A stretch of DNA of 63,974 bases, counting the filler, from Octopus bimaculoides (lineage: Eukaryota): the NCBI RefSeq assembly GCF_001194135.2. It is 7 parts of 6 records of this genome, joined end to end, with 100 filler letters (N's around TTAATTAATTAA, not from the genome) between each part and the next. Parts side by side here need not be neighbours in the genome. Positions count along the whole stretch, not along the records: positions 36,317 to 46,018 come from NC_068982.1; positions 46,119 to 50,266 come from NC_068985.1; positions 50,367 to 52,652 come from NC_068996.1; 4 more parts are not named here. One strand, given 5' to 3'. Shown one piece after another: positions 39,211 to 51,352 of this stretch (positions are counted from its first letter, which is position 1; every line of letters starts with the position of its first letter). Both the position numbers and the translations under genes were made by a program. Below the pieces are notes generated by a model that worked only from the letters and a program-made list of their open reading frames with translations, searched no databases and had not been told where the DNA came from.

Positions 39211-40210
39211 TTATAGTTTCCAGAATATTAACATGTTTATTTGTACGCATATTTTAATTATCACATATTTCAATTGTTGATTTCAAATTTTGTCACTCGA
39301 CCAGCAATTTNNNNNNNNNNNNNNNNNNNNNNNNNNNNNNNNNNNNNNNNNNNNNNNNNNNNNNNNNNNNNNNNNNNNNNNNNNNNNNNNNNNNNNNNNN
39401 NNNNNNNNNNNNNNNNNNNNNNNNNNNNNNNNNNNNNNNNNNNNNNNNNNNNNNNNNNNNNNNNNNNNNNNNNNNNNNNNNNNNNNNNNNNNNNNNNNNN
39501 NNNNNNNNNNNNNNNNNNNNNNNNNNNNNNNNNNNNNNNNNNNNNNNNNNNNNNNNNNNNNNNNNNNNNNNNNNNNNNNNNNNNNNNNNNNNNNNNNNNN
39601 NNNNNNNNNNNNNNNNNNNNNNNNNNNNNNNNNNNNNNNNNNNNNNNNNNNNNNNNNNNNNNNNNNNNNNNNNNNNNNNNNNNNNNNNNNNNNNNNNNNN
39701 NNNNNNNNNNNNNNNNNNNNNNNNNNNNNNNNNNNNNNNNNNNNNNNNNNNNNNNNNNNNNNNNNNNNNNNNNNNNNNNNNNNNNNNNNNNNNNNNNNNN
39801 NNNNNNNNNNNNNNNNNNNNNNNNNNNNNNNNNNNNNNNNNNNNNNNNNNNNNNNNNNNNNNNNNNNNNNNNNNNNNNNNNNNNNNNNNNNNNNNNNNNN
39901 NNNNNNNNNNNNNNNNNNNNNNNNNNNNNNNNNNNNNNNNNNNNNNNNNNNNNNNNNNNNNNNNNNNNNNNNNNNNNNNNNNNNNNNNNNNNNNNNNNNN
40001 NNNNNNNNNNNNNNNNNNNNNNNNNNNNNNNNNNNNNNNNNNNNNNNNNNNNNNNNNNNNNNNNNNNNNNNNNNNNNNNNNNNNNNNNNNNNNNNNNNNN
40101 NNNNNNNNNNNNNNNNNNNNNNNNNNNNNNNNNNNNNNNNNNNNNNNNNNNNNNNNNNNNNNNNNNNNNNNNNNNNNNNNNNNNNNNNNNNNNNNNNNNN
40201 NNNNNNNNNN

Positions 40211-40600
40211 ATTAAGTGCCGACTACATAAACAAACGATTCTGAAACAATTAACCTTAACGCTAACCCTAACCCTAACCCTAACCCTAGGGTTAGGGTTA
40301 GGGTTAGGGTTAGGGTTAAAGCAAATTTAAAATGAAAAAAGCAAATAAAACGAAGGTATGGAGATTAAATACGCTTTACATCGCTTAATCAGCCAAAGGA
40401 GTAAATGTAAACAACTGAATACTTGTCAGTGATTGGTTGAAATTATCGAAATAAGACAATTTTTTACATGAAATAAATTCGAATACAAAAATATTTTTCT
40501 GTTCTATAACACAAAATAGATAAGTATACGAAGTTTGAAAGTCTTTCCGTACCAAAAACACTACGTAAAACATTAATGAAAAATGTGGCCCCGTTTTAAA
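40211..40600 (+). mobile_element. Unclassified interspersed repeat with telomere-like repeats at one end
   Basis: 40400-40575 aligns with 56320-56480 (gaaattatcgaaataagacaattttt..gtatacgaagtttgaaagt..gtaccaaaaacactac). Confidence 0.8.
40263..40312. repeat. Perfect 50-bp palindrome of telomeric repeats, (TAACCC)4T|A(GGGTTA)4
   Basis: Read directly; the centre lies between 40287 and 40288. Imperfect arms extend to about 40248-40327. Confidence 0.95.
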
Positions 40601-41683
40601 ATAGATCCGAGATATCTAAGAATGAATGCATAAATGTATGTATGTATGGATGGATGGATTTACTTGTACGCTTGAATGCTTTTTAGTTCAAAAACGCGAA
40701 GTGATCAATACAAACATGTGATAGAAGTTCAGAGAATCGGATTGATTATGTTGGAAACTAAAGATTTCGTAAAGTTAACGGACCGAGCTTTCAAGAAGTA
40801 ATCCAGTTTACCAGCATACGATTCATATTTGTACGTGGCTATTCGGGGGGTACGTGCGTGTTTGTATTCAGGTATGTATATGCGCATACAGACGTGTGTT
40901 TGTGTGTGTACTTGCGTTAGTATATGTACACGTATATTCGGCACAGGATGTATGTGGGTATAAAGAACTTATTTATCTCTATATATATGTCCGATGATGG
41001 ATTAGTTGGTCAAACCTTCGAAGTCACTTTCAATACTTTTCTTATCAAAGGATATTAATTTATACTCTACGAAATATATTGAGTAATCCTTCTAGTTAAT
41101 GTAAAAAATAATTTATAACATAAAAACAAACTAACCTATATATATATATATNNNNNNNNNNNNNNNNNNNNNNNNNNNNNNNNNNNNNNNNNNNNNNNNN
41201 NNNNNNNNNNNNNNNNNNNNNNNNNNNNNNNNNNNNNNNNNNNNNNNNNNNNNNNNNNNNNNNNNNNNNNNNNNNNNNNNNNNNNNNNNNNNNNNNNNNN
41301 NNNNNNNNNNNNNNNNNNNNNNNNNNNNNNNNNNNNNNNNNNNNNNNNNNNNNNNNNNNNNNNNNNNNNNNNNNNNNNNNNNNNNNNNNNNNNNNNNNNN
41401 NNNNNNNNNNNNNNNNNNNNNNNNNNNNNNNNNNNNNNNNNNNNNNNNNNNNNNNNNNNNNNNNNNNNNNNNNNNNNNNNNNNNNNNNNNNNNNNNNNNN
41501 NNNNNNNNNNNNNNNNNNNNNNNNNNNNNNNNNNNNNNNNNNNNNNNNNNNNNNNNNNNNNNNNNNNNNNNNNNNNNNNNNNNNNNNNNNNNNNNNNNNN
41601 NNNNNNNNNNNNNNNNNNNNNNNNNNNNNNNNNNNNNNNNNNNNNNNNNNNNNNNNNNNNNNNNNNNNNNNNNNNNNNNNNNN

Positions 41684-41732
<49 letters not shown>

Positions 41733-42398
41733 GTATGATATACACATACGTACATACATACATATGTGTGTGTGTGTGTATGTGTATGTGTGTGTATGTG
41801 TATATCATAGGTGTGCATATGTGTGTTTGTGTGTGCGTGTGAAAGTATGAATGTATGCATGTATAAAGTTTCCATGTACATAAGACAAGCATACGCGAAG
41901 CAAATATTTCATACATTGACAGGTACGTTGTTTGCAACACCTGAGGCCAGTAATTTTGCTGACACCTAACTGACACCTTTAATTTTACATTGATGGGATC
42001 CCCCACGCAACAATACCGATCATATCATAATCATTACTATGACCACCACACCAGCCACGAGCGATGCCACTACAAGCCACCCACAAGTCCACCACGAAAA
42101 GCTTAGCCTACACCTCCCCTTCTCCAAATATTATTACTACTACTACTGCTGCTGCTACTGAAGATAGTTGAAGCTATCTATATATACATGTGTGTGTGTT
42201 TATTTATATATGTCTGTATGCATGGACGTGTATATATAGTTTGAAATTAAATGGCTAAAAAAGAGGAAATTATGCAATGAATTTCATTGGTTTACAGGTG
42301 TTTCTGCTGTAAGAAGCCATGCACTGAAAACTGAGTAGTTATGCATCACTTTATTACTTCCTCGAAACTTCTAATAAACGCACACACACACACACATA

Positions 42399-42442
<44 letters not shown>

Positions 42443-42455
42443 TATATGTATGCAT

Positions 42456-42531
<76 letters not shown>

Positions 42532-42967
42532 ATACATATATATATAAGTATATATATAAATATATATATACATGCGCATTCATATATAAATTGGGGTATA
42601 TATATTCATACGTATACATGCATATATAAACTAATAGTTCACTTTAGTTAAATACGCATTTATAATATTTTGTATCCATTTTTTATACGCTTTAATACTT
42701 AGTGATTATGCACGCATGTCAGGTTGGTCCCTCTTACTATTGGTGATATGTATTCTAGTACAACCTTTGTCACCTCTGATGTAGTGGCCTACATCTACAC
42801 CGCCGGCACCCTACATTGTTTACTGTACAAAAAGGGTGTGTTCGTACTAGGTAGAATTGAAATATATCCTGCGAAAATGAAAGAGTTCATTTCCAGAGAA
42901 AGCGTCAGTTCAAATAAACCTGAGGAGGAGAGCTATCTTGTTGGTTTTTGTATTTGTAAAGATCTTT

Positions 42968-43266
42968 AATCTTTTAATACGGCCATGCTGGGGCACCGCC
43001 TTGAAGAACTTTTAGTCGATTGAATCGACCCTAGTTCTTATTTTCTGCCTTTTTTAATGCCTGGTACTTATTCTATCGGTCTCTTTTTGACGTACAGCTC
43101 GATTACGAGATCGTAAGCACAATTTGCCCGCTGACGAATTTAACCGCAAATTTAGACGCTAAATAGCTAATTGAACAACTACGTGTATATAAATATAAAC
43201 AAACATTCGTTATTTTGTTGTTCTTGTTGTTTTTATAAAGGTCGGGACGTAAACACACCAGCATCC
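42968..43266 (-). mobile_element. SINE family A, decayed and interrupted 3' half
   Basis: ggccatgctggggcaccgcc, tacttattctatcggtctc, gggacgtaaacacaccagcatc. Confidence 0.8.
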
Positions 43267-43600
43267 TATAAAGGTTCTTATTTGTAACATATGTTACAAA
43301 TAAGAAGATGATTTTTTTTCCAAACGCAGAAATACTGGTTAAATTACCCTTACAAAGAGGAAAAATTTGTCAGCAAATAGCCATGGAACTCTTTTATTAG
43401 TTTCAGTTCGACGGCTGCGGTCGATACTGCAGTACCACCTATGCAATTGGTACTTCTTCAATAGAGCTTCAGCTATCGTGAATAAGGGAGTTTCATGCTG
43501 CTGCTTTTAATTGCATTACTTGGTTTTTGACGTTGATTTGTCTTGAAGTTTTCATTTTCTTTAGCAATGTTGTGAAAAACTGTAGGCCTTTTGAACTTAC

Positions 43601-43721
43601 CTTGTTGCAGGATGCGTCCTGATGATTGTCGATAAGGTATGTGAGACCTTTTGGACTGCTCAGTGAGAACAAGTTCGCGGAAAGGTAGAGGTCTCAGTGC
43701 GGACATTTATGATATTTATAA
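43601..43721 (-). other. Candidate spliced exon of an unidentified minus-strand gene
   Basis: Acceptor-like attctttaccacacag|, an ATG at 43706 opening MSALRPLPFRELVLTEQSKRSHIPYRQSSGRILQQ, and a consensus donor AAG|GTAAGT. No protein recognised. Confidence 0.25.
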
Positions 43722-43782
43722 CTGTGTGGTAAAGAATCTTTCTTTCCAACTTAGTGGTAGTCCTATCGAGTGATACTTAGAG

Positions 43783-43960
43783 CCAGTGTTGTCTGTTATA
43801 GCCCCGAGTCGACCAAAGCCTTGACAGTGGGTTTGGTTGAAGGAAACTGAAAAGAAGCTCGCTTTACAAATGAGTACAGGAGGTGATTTTGCATGACTGC
43901 TCCCTTCAAGGCATTGCCCCAGCATGGCCGCATTCCAAAGACTGAAACAAGTAAAAAGAG
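43783..43960 (+). mobile_element. SINE family A, internally deleted copy
   Basis: tatagccccgagtcgaccaaagccttg..ggaaactgaaagaagc, joined to cagcatggccgca..gactgaaacaagtaaaaagag. Confidence 0.85.
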
Positions 43961-43996
43961 ATATATGCGAGTACCTTTAAAGGTATATATATATAT

Positions 43997-44178
43997 ACTC
44001 TTTTTTACTCTTTTACTTGTTTCAGTCATTTGACTGTGGCCATGCTGGAGCACCGCCTTTAGTCGTTCAAATTGACCCCAGGATTATTCTTTGTAAGCCT
44101 AGTACTTATTCTCTCGTTCCCTTTTGCCGAACCGCTAATTTTAGGGGACGTAAACACACCAGCATCGGATGTCAAGCG
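43997..44178 (-). mobile_element. SINE family A, 3' half (tail-to-tail with the previous copy)
   Basis: cttttacttgtttcagtcatttgactgtggccatgctggagcaccgcc..gggacgtaaacacaccagcatcgg; ends at a gap. Confidence 0.9.
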
Positions 44179-44834
44179 NNNNNNNNNNNNNNNNNNNNNN
44201 NNNNNNNNNNNNNNNNNNNNNNNNNNNNNNNNNNNNNNNNNNNNNNNNNNNNNNNNNNNNNNNNNNNNNNNNNNNNNNNNNNNNNNNNNNNNNNNNNNNN
44301 NNNNNNNNNNNNNNNNNNNNNNNNNNNNNNNNNNNNNNNNNNNNNNNNNNNNNNNNNNNNNNNNNNNNNNNNNNNNNNNNNNNNNNNNNNNNNNNNNNNN
44401 NNNNNNNNNNNNNNNNNNNNNNNNNNNNNNNNNNNNNNNNNNNNNNNNNNNNNNNNNNNNNNNNNNNNNNNNNNNNNNNNNNNNNNNNNNNNNNNNNNNN
44501 NNNNNNNNNNNNNNNNNNNNNNNNNNNNNNNNNNNNNNNNNNNNNNNNNNNNNNNNNNNNNNNNNNNNNNNNNNNNNNNNNNNNNNNNNNNNNNNNNNNN
44601 NNNNNNNNNNNNNNNNNNNNNNNNNNNNNNNNNNNNNNNNNNNNNNNNNNNNNNNNNNNNNNNNNNNNNNNNNNNNNNNNNNNNNNNNNNNNNNNNNNNN
44701 NNNNNNATATATATATACATATACATATATACATATATACATAGATATATGTGTGTGTGTGTATGAAATATACGTATGTATGCATAACTATAGGCGTATG
44801 TGTGTGTTTGTGTACGTTATCTATATGCGTTAAT

Positions 44835-45110
44835 ATATGTATTTACATGTCAAACCTTGCTCTCTGGTCTCCTGGCAGTGTCAACTCTATAGCCTACGTT
44901 CTTCTCTTTCCAACACTTAACTCTATGCCACCACCCAAACACAACAAGCATTGCACATTTAGACTCTCTAATTAGTATGGAAAGCTGACCTTGTGACCAC
45001 GACCCATGCTTCTCGATTACATGTCTCAGAAATTGCCAACCAGATTCACAAACTTGCTCATTGTCTATTCTGTCCTTACACCTTTAGCACCTCTTCCCCT
45101 TGTCACATAG
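44835..45110 (-). mobile_element. Possible heavily decayed RLE LINE fragment
   Basis: Minus strand reads KRC*RCK..ESG, then ESKCAMLVVF and KRRT*AIELTLPGDQR, in the same order as the knuckle / KILWDF / IDxAVPGD motifs. Very degenerate. Confidence 0.35.
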
Positions 45111-46836
45111 ATTGGGCGATGTTTTGAAATACAAACACACACATACACACACACGCACACGCACACACATTTTCTCTCGCACATACACATGCTCAGGCAC
45201 ACATGCATGCGCCTAGGAAAAAAGGAAGAGAGAAAGAAATTGAGTGAGAGAGAGAGAGAAAACAAAGGAAGAAAAGAGGGAAGCCTGCTAGAGAGGTTAG
45301 CATGGAGAAAATGGTGGCTGCATAGATGGATGGATTGTTGAAAAGTTGGATAGATAGATAGATAGATAGATAGGCTGACAGACAGAGACATATATATGCG
45401 TGTGTGTATATGCACATACATACATGCATGCATACATATATACACACAAATATATACATATATTTACACACGCGCGCGCACACACACGCACACATATTCA
45501 CACATACACACAAGTGTGTTTGCTTCCTAATATGCATATATGCATGTCAAGCTGAATGTTAGCCGTCAACAACTTGTTTTTGTAAATTTTCGGATTTAGT
45601 TTACCCATTAATGTTTTCTACTCTGTTTATGTCTAAGTCTCACATCTGCTAGAATCAAGGTGAAACAATTGCTGTACTGATGACGACCGTTCATGCAGAA
45701 ACGAATACACAAGGAACATATGTGTGTGTATTTGTATTTTTGCGTATGTCTGTTTAGAGAGAAAGAGGGAAAAGAAGACAAACAAGAAGATGACAGACAC
45801 ATGGACAAGCAGACTGATAGATAGACAGTTAGATAGATAGATAGATACATTTCTTTTATTAGCCACACAGGGCTCAACGAAGATGGGACAAATACAATGT
45901 AGAGCTTTTCTTTTTGGGAGGGGAAAAAAAAAAAAAAAATTGCTGGTGTCGATCAAAAGGGAGAAAAAGGAAGGGAAAAAGGGGGAGTTCGATGAAAAGG
46001 GATCGAAAAAAAAAAAAANNNNNNNNNNNNNNNNNNNNNNNNNNNNNNNNNNNNNNNNNNNNTTAATTAATTAANNNNNNNNNNNNNNNNNNNNNNNNNN
46101 NNNNNNNNNNNNNNNNNNTATATATATATAAAAATACATGAGGGCGGGCGTGGCTGTGTGGTATATGCATATATGTATATTTACAAATTACACGCGCACA
46201 CACACGCACATACATGCACATACGTGTGCTAAGGTCCTTCGCAGAAATCTGGTTTAGCAAACCCCTCAATCACAACTCACCAAAATAGAAGACATATGTC
46301 CCAAAGTTGGTAAGTAGAACGTTCGCCCACATAACCACCACTCCAGCCACCAGATGGTGCACACACATTCCTCTTTATAGTTTTAAGATTGTATACTCCC
46401 TTTTTTTTACTTTCCTATGCATCACACTATTTCTGTATATTCCATGAAATTGAATCCATAGCTTGTATCATTATTGATATTAACTGGCATTAACTCAAGT
46501 CTTTCATAGACAAGTAAATCTCATTTTCCCGAATATTTCCTCTTGGGGATTAACTGAGGTGAACGATATTTTTAAAGGTAATTTCATGCATAAAACAATG
46601 ACATAAGAATAGAGGGGAAGGGACACATATTACATGCGCTGAAAGGTTAAAACTGCAGTTATATTATGAATAGTATGGATTCTTACGTGCGCATACGCAC
46701 AAATATACGTAGAATCTGGCATATGCCATTCCATCCATGTATAGACGTTTGTGTATATCTATATGTATACACACACACATACACACACACACAATACACA
46801 CACACACATATATATATTAACGCACACACATTGAGC

Positions 46837-46902
<66 letters not shown>

Positions 46903-48300
46903 AAGGGAGAGATACATGTATACGTTGTAGCCATTGATGAAATTCAGGGATGAATTGATAAAAACTGTAGTTGCAAGACATCAACTCTTAATAAATACGA
47001 ATATCGATTCTGCTATTCAGAGTTATTGAATACTCCTTCATCGAGATATCACGAAAACACTCTCAGAGACAGAGAAACATACAGTTACACACTTAAACAT
47101 TCTCCTCTTTCACAGTATGTATGAGGGGGAATGTGTTTGTGTGTGCGTGTGTGTGAAAGGGAGAGAGTGAGAAAAAGAGAGAAAGAAGGAGAGAGAGAAA
47201 TAAAGAGAGAGTGAGACAGAGAGAGAGAGAGAGAAACTTTGTTTAAAGAATGTAAAGCAAATTATTGAAAGGAAACACATTCATGCGTGCTGAATGGTTA
47301 GAATGTTAATTAATATACATGAAAACATGCAGTAAAAAATATTTCGTCAGCCTTTGCGTCGTGAAAATTGTCAAGTACAAGAAGAATACATTACATTCAT
47401 GTTTGGAATACTTAAGCAATGATATAATTGATTTTATAATCAACGTAAAACATCTCAAATGTCATAAGCTATCGACATCTCCCAATCGCATGAATACAAA
47501 TTCTTTAGCGAAAGTATCCACCCAAACCATAGCGACCGTAACCTATGTAGAATATGTTGCATACCTTATGTAATAAATTGCCTATCTTATAAAATCATTA
47601 AAATGAAGAAAGTGCACTTGTGTAATAATAGGACAGGAAGCATCAAAAGTGGACTTTCATTTTGTTTCACTCTAATCATAGATCTTTCATTGTAATCGTT
47701 TCCCTCACTTAATTGGCAATTGACCCACAAGTTAATCATAATGGAATGAAAAGCAGCTTCAAAAAATTTGACAGATATGCAACTGTTCAAAGGATAGAAA
47801 TCGTTTTCCAAAGAGTAAATAATATCAGCAATGAATATATTCCCTGGTAATATAATTCCAATTAATTCATCGCCCACCAAAGAAAAGATCAGTGCGATGG
47901 TTATAATTAATATTGCGTTCATTAATTATAAGTTCTAAAATGCTTCTTTTTTATTATTTTATCACAAATCTTGGAAAAATTTTGAAATTCTATTCTATAA
48001 TTATAAAAATTTTGGAAAATAGCATCCTTAAATATGAAAAAAAAAAATATCATACAGGTAGGACACGTGTGTGATATCAAATTACATTTATAAAAGAAAA
48101 GACCTCGTTTATATCCATTAAAACAATGTCCTGAAATTATTTTTCTAATGATTTTCTAGTGCATGTTCAAGACACTGGAGCGAGTAGCATCGATACTGAA
48201 TTTTCATCGTATTTTAGTTAATAGACAACCGTATATTTCTAGCTAAAAACCCTGTCATACATAAACTACATGGTGACGGGAGAAATGCTTAGCTCATATA

Positions 48301-48517
48301 AGGCGGTGAGCAGGCAGAAAAGTTAGCACGCTGGGCGAAATGCTTTGCGGTATTTCGTCTGTCCTAATGCTCTGAGTTCAAATTCCGCCGAGTCGACTTT
48401 ACCTTTCATCCTTTCTGGGTCGATAAATTAAGTACCGGTTGAGTTCTAGGTCGATATAATCGACTGCTCCCCCCCCAAAAAAAAAATTCGGGCCTTGTGC
48501 CTAAAGTAGAAAAGAAT
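48301..48517 (+). mobile_element. SINE family B (tRNA-derived), full length
   Basis: ggcggtgagcaggcagaa (A box), gagttcaaattcc (B box), cctttcatcctttctgggtcgataaattaagtacc, ggccttgtgcctaaagtagaaaagaata. Confidence 0.92.
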
Positions 48518-48642
48518 ACTTAGCTTACAGTGATAGACAAAATTTGGACATTGTGTAAAATTACTAGAAATGATTTTAAAATATCAATACAGAAAATGCT
48601 AAGAGATTAAACTCTTTAAGTTTTTAAAGTAATTTACTTTGG

Positions 48643-48836
48643 AATACTTTTGAAATGAAAAGCAAGGAACAGAATTTTAATTACGTAAGGACTTGTGGTG
48701 CATACAAGTAGTCGTTTTTACATCGTTGACGAGTGATAACCCGCAGCGGTTCGCGAAACAACCATATTATGTAGTTTGATCCACAAGTCATTACAAGAAT
48801 TTTCATCTTGGTAAATAACTCAGTATNNNNNNNNNN

Positions 48837-48869
<33 letters not shown>

Positions 48870-49102
48870 CATATATATATATATATACGGATGATATATA
48901 TCTAAAATAAAAATTCATAATACTTTTGAAATGAAAAGCAAGGAACAGAATTTTAATTACGTAAGGACTTGTGGTGCATACAAGTAGTCGTTTTTACATC
49001 GTTGACGAGTGATAACCCGCAGCGGTTCGCGAAACAACCATATTATGTAGTTTGATCCACAAGTCATTACAAGAATTTTCATCTTGGTAAATAACTCAGT
49101 AT
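48643..49102 (+). repeat. Identical 184-bp duplication flanking a 10-N gap (48643-48826, 48919-49102); probable assembly artefact
   Basis: The copies are identical by eye, and the first ends exactly at the gap. Confidence 0.85.
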
Positions 49103-49845
49103 TCCATATTTCTAACCCATCCACTTTTAAGTGGGGATAAATATTACATTTTGGTATAGATACTACGTCTGTCGCTATTAATTATTTCTTAATAAATATC
49201 CTAATTATTGCCTCAATTATTGCACTGTCTAGCCGGACGGCTGCCATTGCGAGGTCCAAGATAAGGCGAAATCACGTGAATTGGCAGTTCTGGAGGGTGC
49301 AGCGGAAGATTATTTTCCGTCACCGAGTGCTGAAATGCATGCAGAAATTCATGCAAGAAGTTCTACCGTTGTAAATAACGCAGCATTCTGTTTTCTAATA
49401 AAACACTCACTTTTAATGGAAGATAGTACTTTTAATGGAAGATAGTTACCACGGTAGGATTTTGCGATAATGTAATAGATATACTACAATAAGACAAAAT
49501 TGAAATTCGTCAATGGAAAATTAGAGCAAACAGGATATGATAAAAGTACTAAACAGTTCAATCAATATTTGTACTGAAAAAGACATTTGAAGAACACAAA
49601 CCTGGGAAACAAAATAGTGACTATCAAAATGTAATTCTCACCCAAAAGCATAAGTTGTAACCATATTTATATTCTAGTTATTAATAAAATAGTAATTTAA
49701 AAAAGTTAATAGTAATGAAGTTTCTGTATCACATGTAGGCATTCCCATTTGAACGCATATAACATACATCTACAAATGCGCGCGCATACACACACAAACA
49801 TACATATACATACATACACATACACACACATACATATAAATATAT

Positions 49846-50194
49846 GTGGCTGCATGTTCAGAAGCTTGCTTCCCAACCACATGGTTCTGGATTCAGTCCC
49901 ACTTCATGGCACTTTGGGCAAGTGTCTTCTTTTATAGCTTTGGGCCGATCAAAACCTATATATATATATTTGTATGTGTCTGTGTTTTTCTCCACACCAT
50001 TGCTGGACAACCGATGAAATGGTGTGTCTATATCCTCGAAATTAGCGGTCGGCAAAAAAGGCGATAGAATAAGTACTAGGCTTAGAGAGAATAAGTCCTG
50101 GAAACGATTTCTTCGACTAACACACTTTAAGGCGGTGCTCCAGCATGGCCGCTGTCAAATGACTGAAACAAATAAAAGCACAATAGAATAAAAG
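49846..50194 (+). mobile_element. SINE family A (tRNA head, CORE-like block, internal microsatellite), near full length
   Basis: Head gtggctg..gaagcttgcttcccaaccacatggttctggattcagtccc (A/B-box-like), CORE-like ggcactttgggcaagtgtcttc, internal (TA)n, tail ggcggtgctccagcatggccgctgtcaaatgactgaaacaaataaaag. Confidence 0.9.
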
Positions 50195-50234
50195 GATATC
50201 GATGTGAGTGTGTGTATGTGTGTCTGTCTTGATG

Positions 50235-50266
<32 letters not shown>

Positions 50267-50366
50267 NNNNNNNNNNNNNNNNNNNNNNNNNNNNNNNNNN
50301 NNNNNNNNNNTTAATTAATTAANNNNNNNNNNNNNNNNNNNNNNNNNNNNNNNNNNNNNNNNNNNN

Positions 50367-51281
50367 TACAGTGAAGAATTCCGGGTGGAGGTAGGGGTCC
50401 ACCAAGGTTCTGTCCTCAGCCCCCTCTTATTTATCATAGTCCTCCAGGCTATAACAGAGGAATTCAAGACAGGATGCCCCTGGGAGCTCCTCTATGCTGA
50501 TGACCTTGCACTAATTGCTGAGTCATTATCAGAACTAGAGAAGTTTCAGGTGTGGAAGCAAGGACTAGAATCGAAGGGCCTTAGAGTCAACCTAGCTAAA
50601 ACCAAAGTCCTAATAAGTAGGAAGGCAGACAAAACACAAACCCCTTCGGGTTGATGGCCCTGCTCGATCTGTAGAAAAGGAGTGGGTAGTAACTCAATAA
50701 GATGCACCCAGTGCAAGCTATGGACACAGAAGAGGTGCAGCAATATCAAAGGAAGGTTAACTAGGAAGTTAGTTTTTGTATGTAGCAGATGTTCAGGAGC
50801 TATAAACACTGTGAATGCGCAGAAAACAACTTCTGCCACATTCCAGGGAGAAAAACTAGAAGTGGTTGAGAGCTTCCGCTATCTCGGTGACCAAATTAGC
50901 AGTGGGGGTGGGTGCGCTGAAAGCGTAGCTGCTAGAATTAGAATAGCCTGGGCAAAGTTCAGAGAGCTCTTACCTCTGCTGGCGACAAAGGGTCTCTCTC
51001 TCAGAGTAAAAGGTAGATTGTATGATTCATGTGTATGAACAGCCATGTTTCATGGCAGTGAAACATGGGCCATGACTGCTGAGGACATGCGTAGGCTCGC
51101 AAGAAATGAAGCCAGTATGCTCCGATGGATGTGTAATGTCAGTGTGCATACTAGACAGAGTATCAGTACCTTGAGAGAAAAGTTGAACTTACGAAGCATC
51201 AGTTGTGGTGTGCAAGAGAGACGATTGCGCTGGTATGGTCATGTAGCGAGAATGGATGAGGATAGATGTGTGAAAAAGTGA
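50367..51281 (+). pseudogene. RTE reverse transcriptase ORF, C-terminal part, disrupted
   Basis: ORF-track entries 50385-50654, 50682-51038 and 51045-51281 share one frame and are separated by two in-frame TGA codons. The C-terminus is cut by an internal deletion at about 51280. Confidence 0.9.
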
Positions 51282-51352
51282 GAAGACCCGGCAAGCCAAG
51301 TGAGACCTAAATCTATGGCCTTAGCCAGTCCATTTATGCGTACCTTCCTTCA

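Noticed and set aside
40263-40312. Chromosome end-to-end fusion scar
   Set aside because: The repeat polarity is opposite to a fusion signature, and the array is short and tied to an interspersed repeat.
45660-45715. GAAAC..CTGATGA..GAAAC motifs
   Set aside because: No pairing stems in any arrangement.
48301-48390. tRNA gene at SINE heads
   Set aside because: A/B boxes are present but there is no complete cloverleaf, and each continues into a SINE body.
48643-49102. 184-bp perfect tandem duplication
   Set aside because: Identical copies straddling a 10-N gap and a (TA)n run; most likely an unmerged contig overlap or two alleles.
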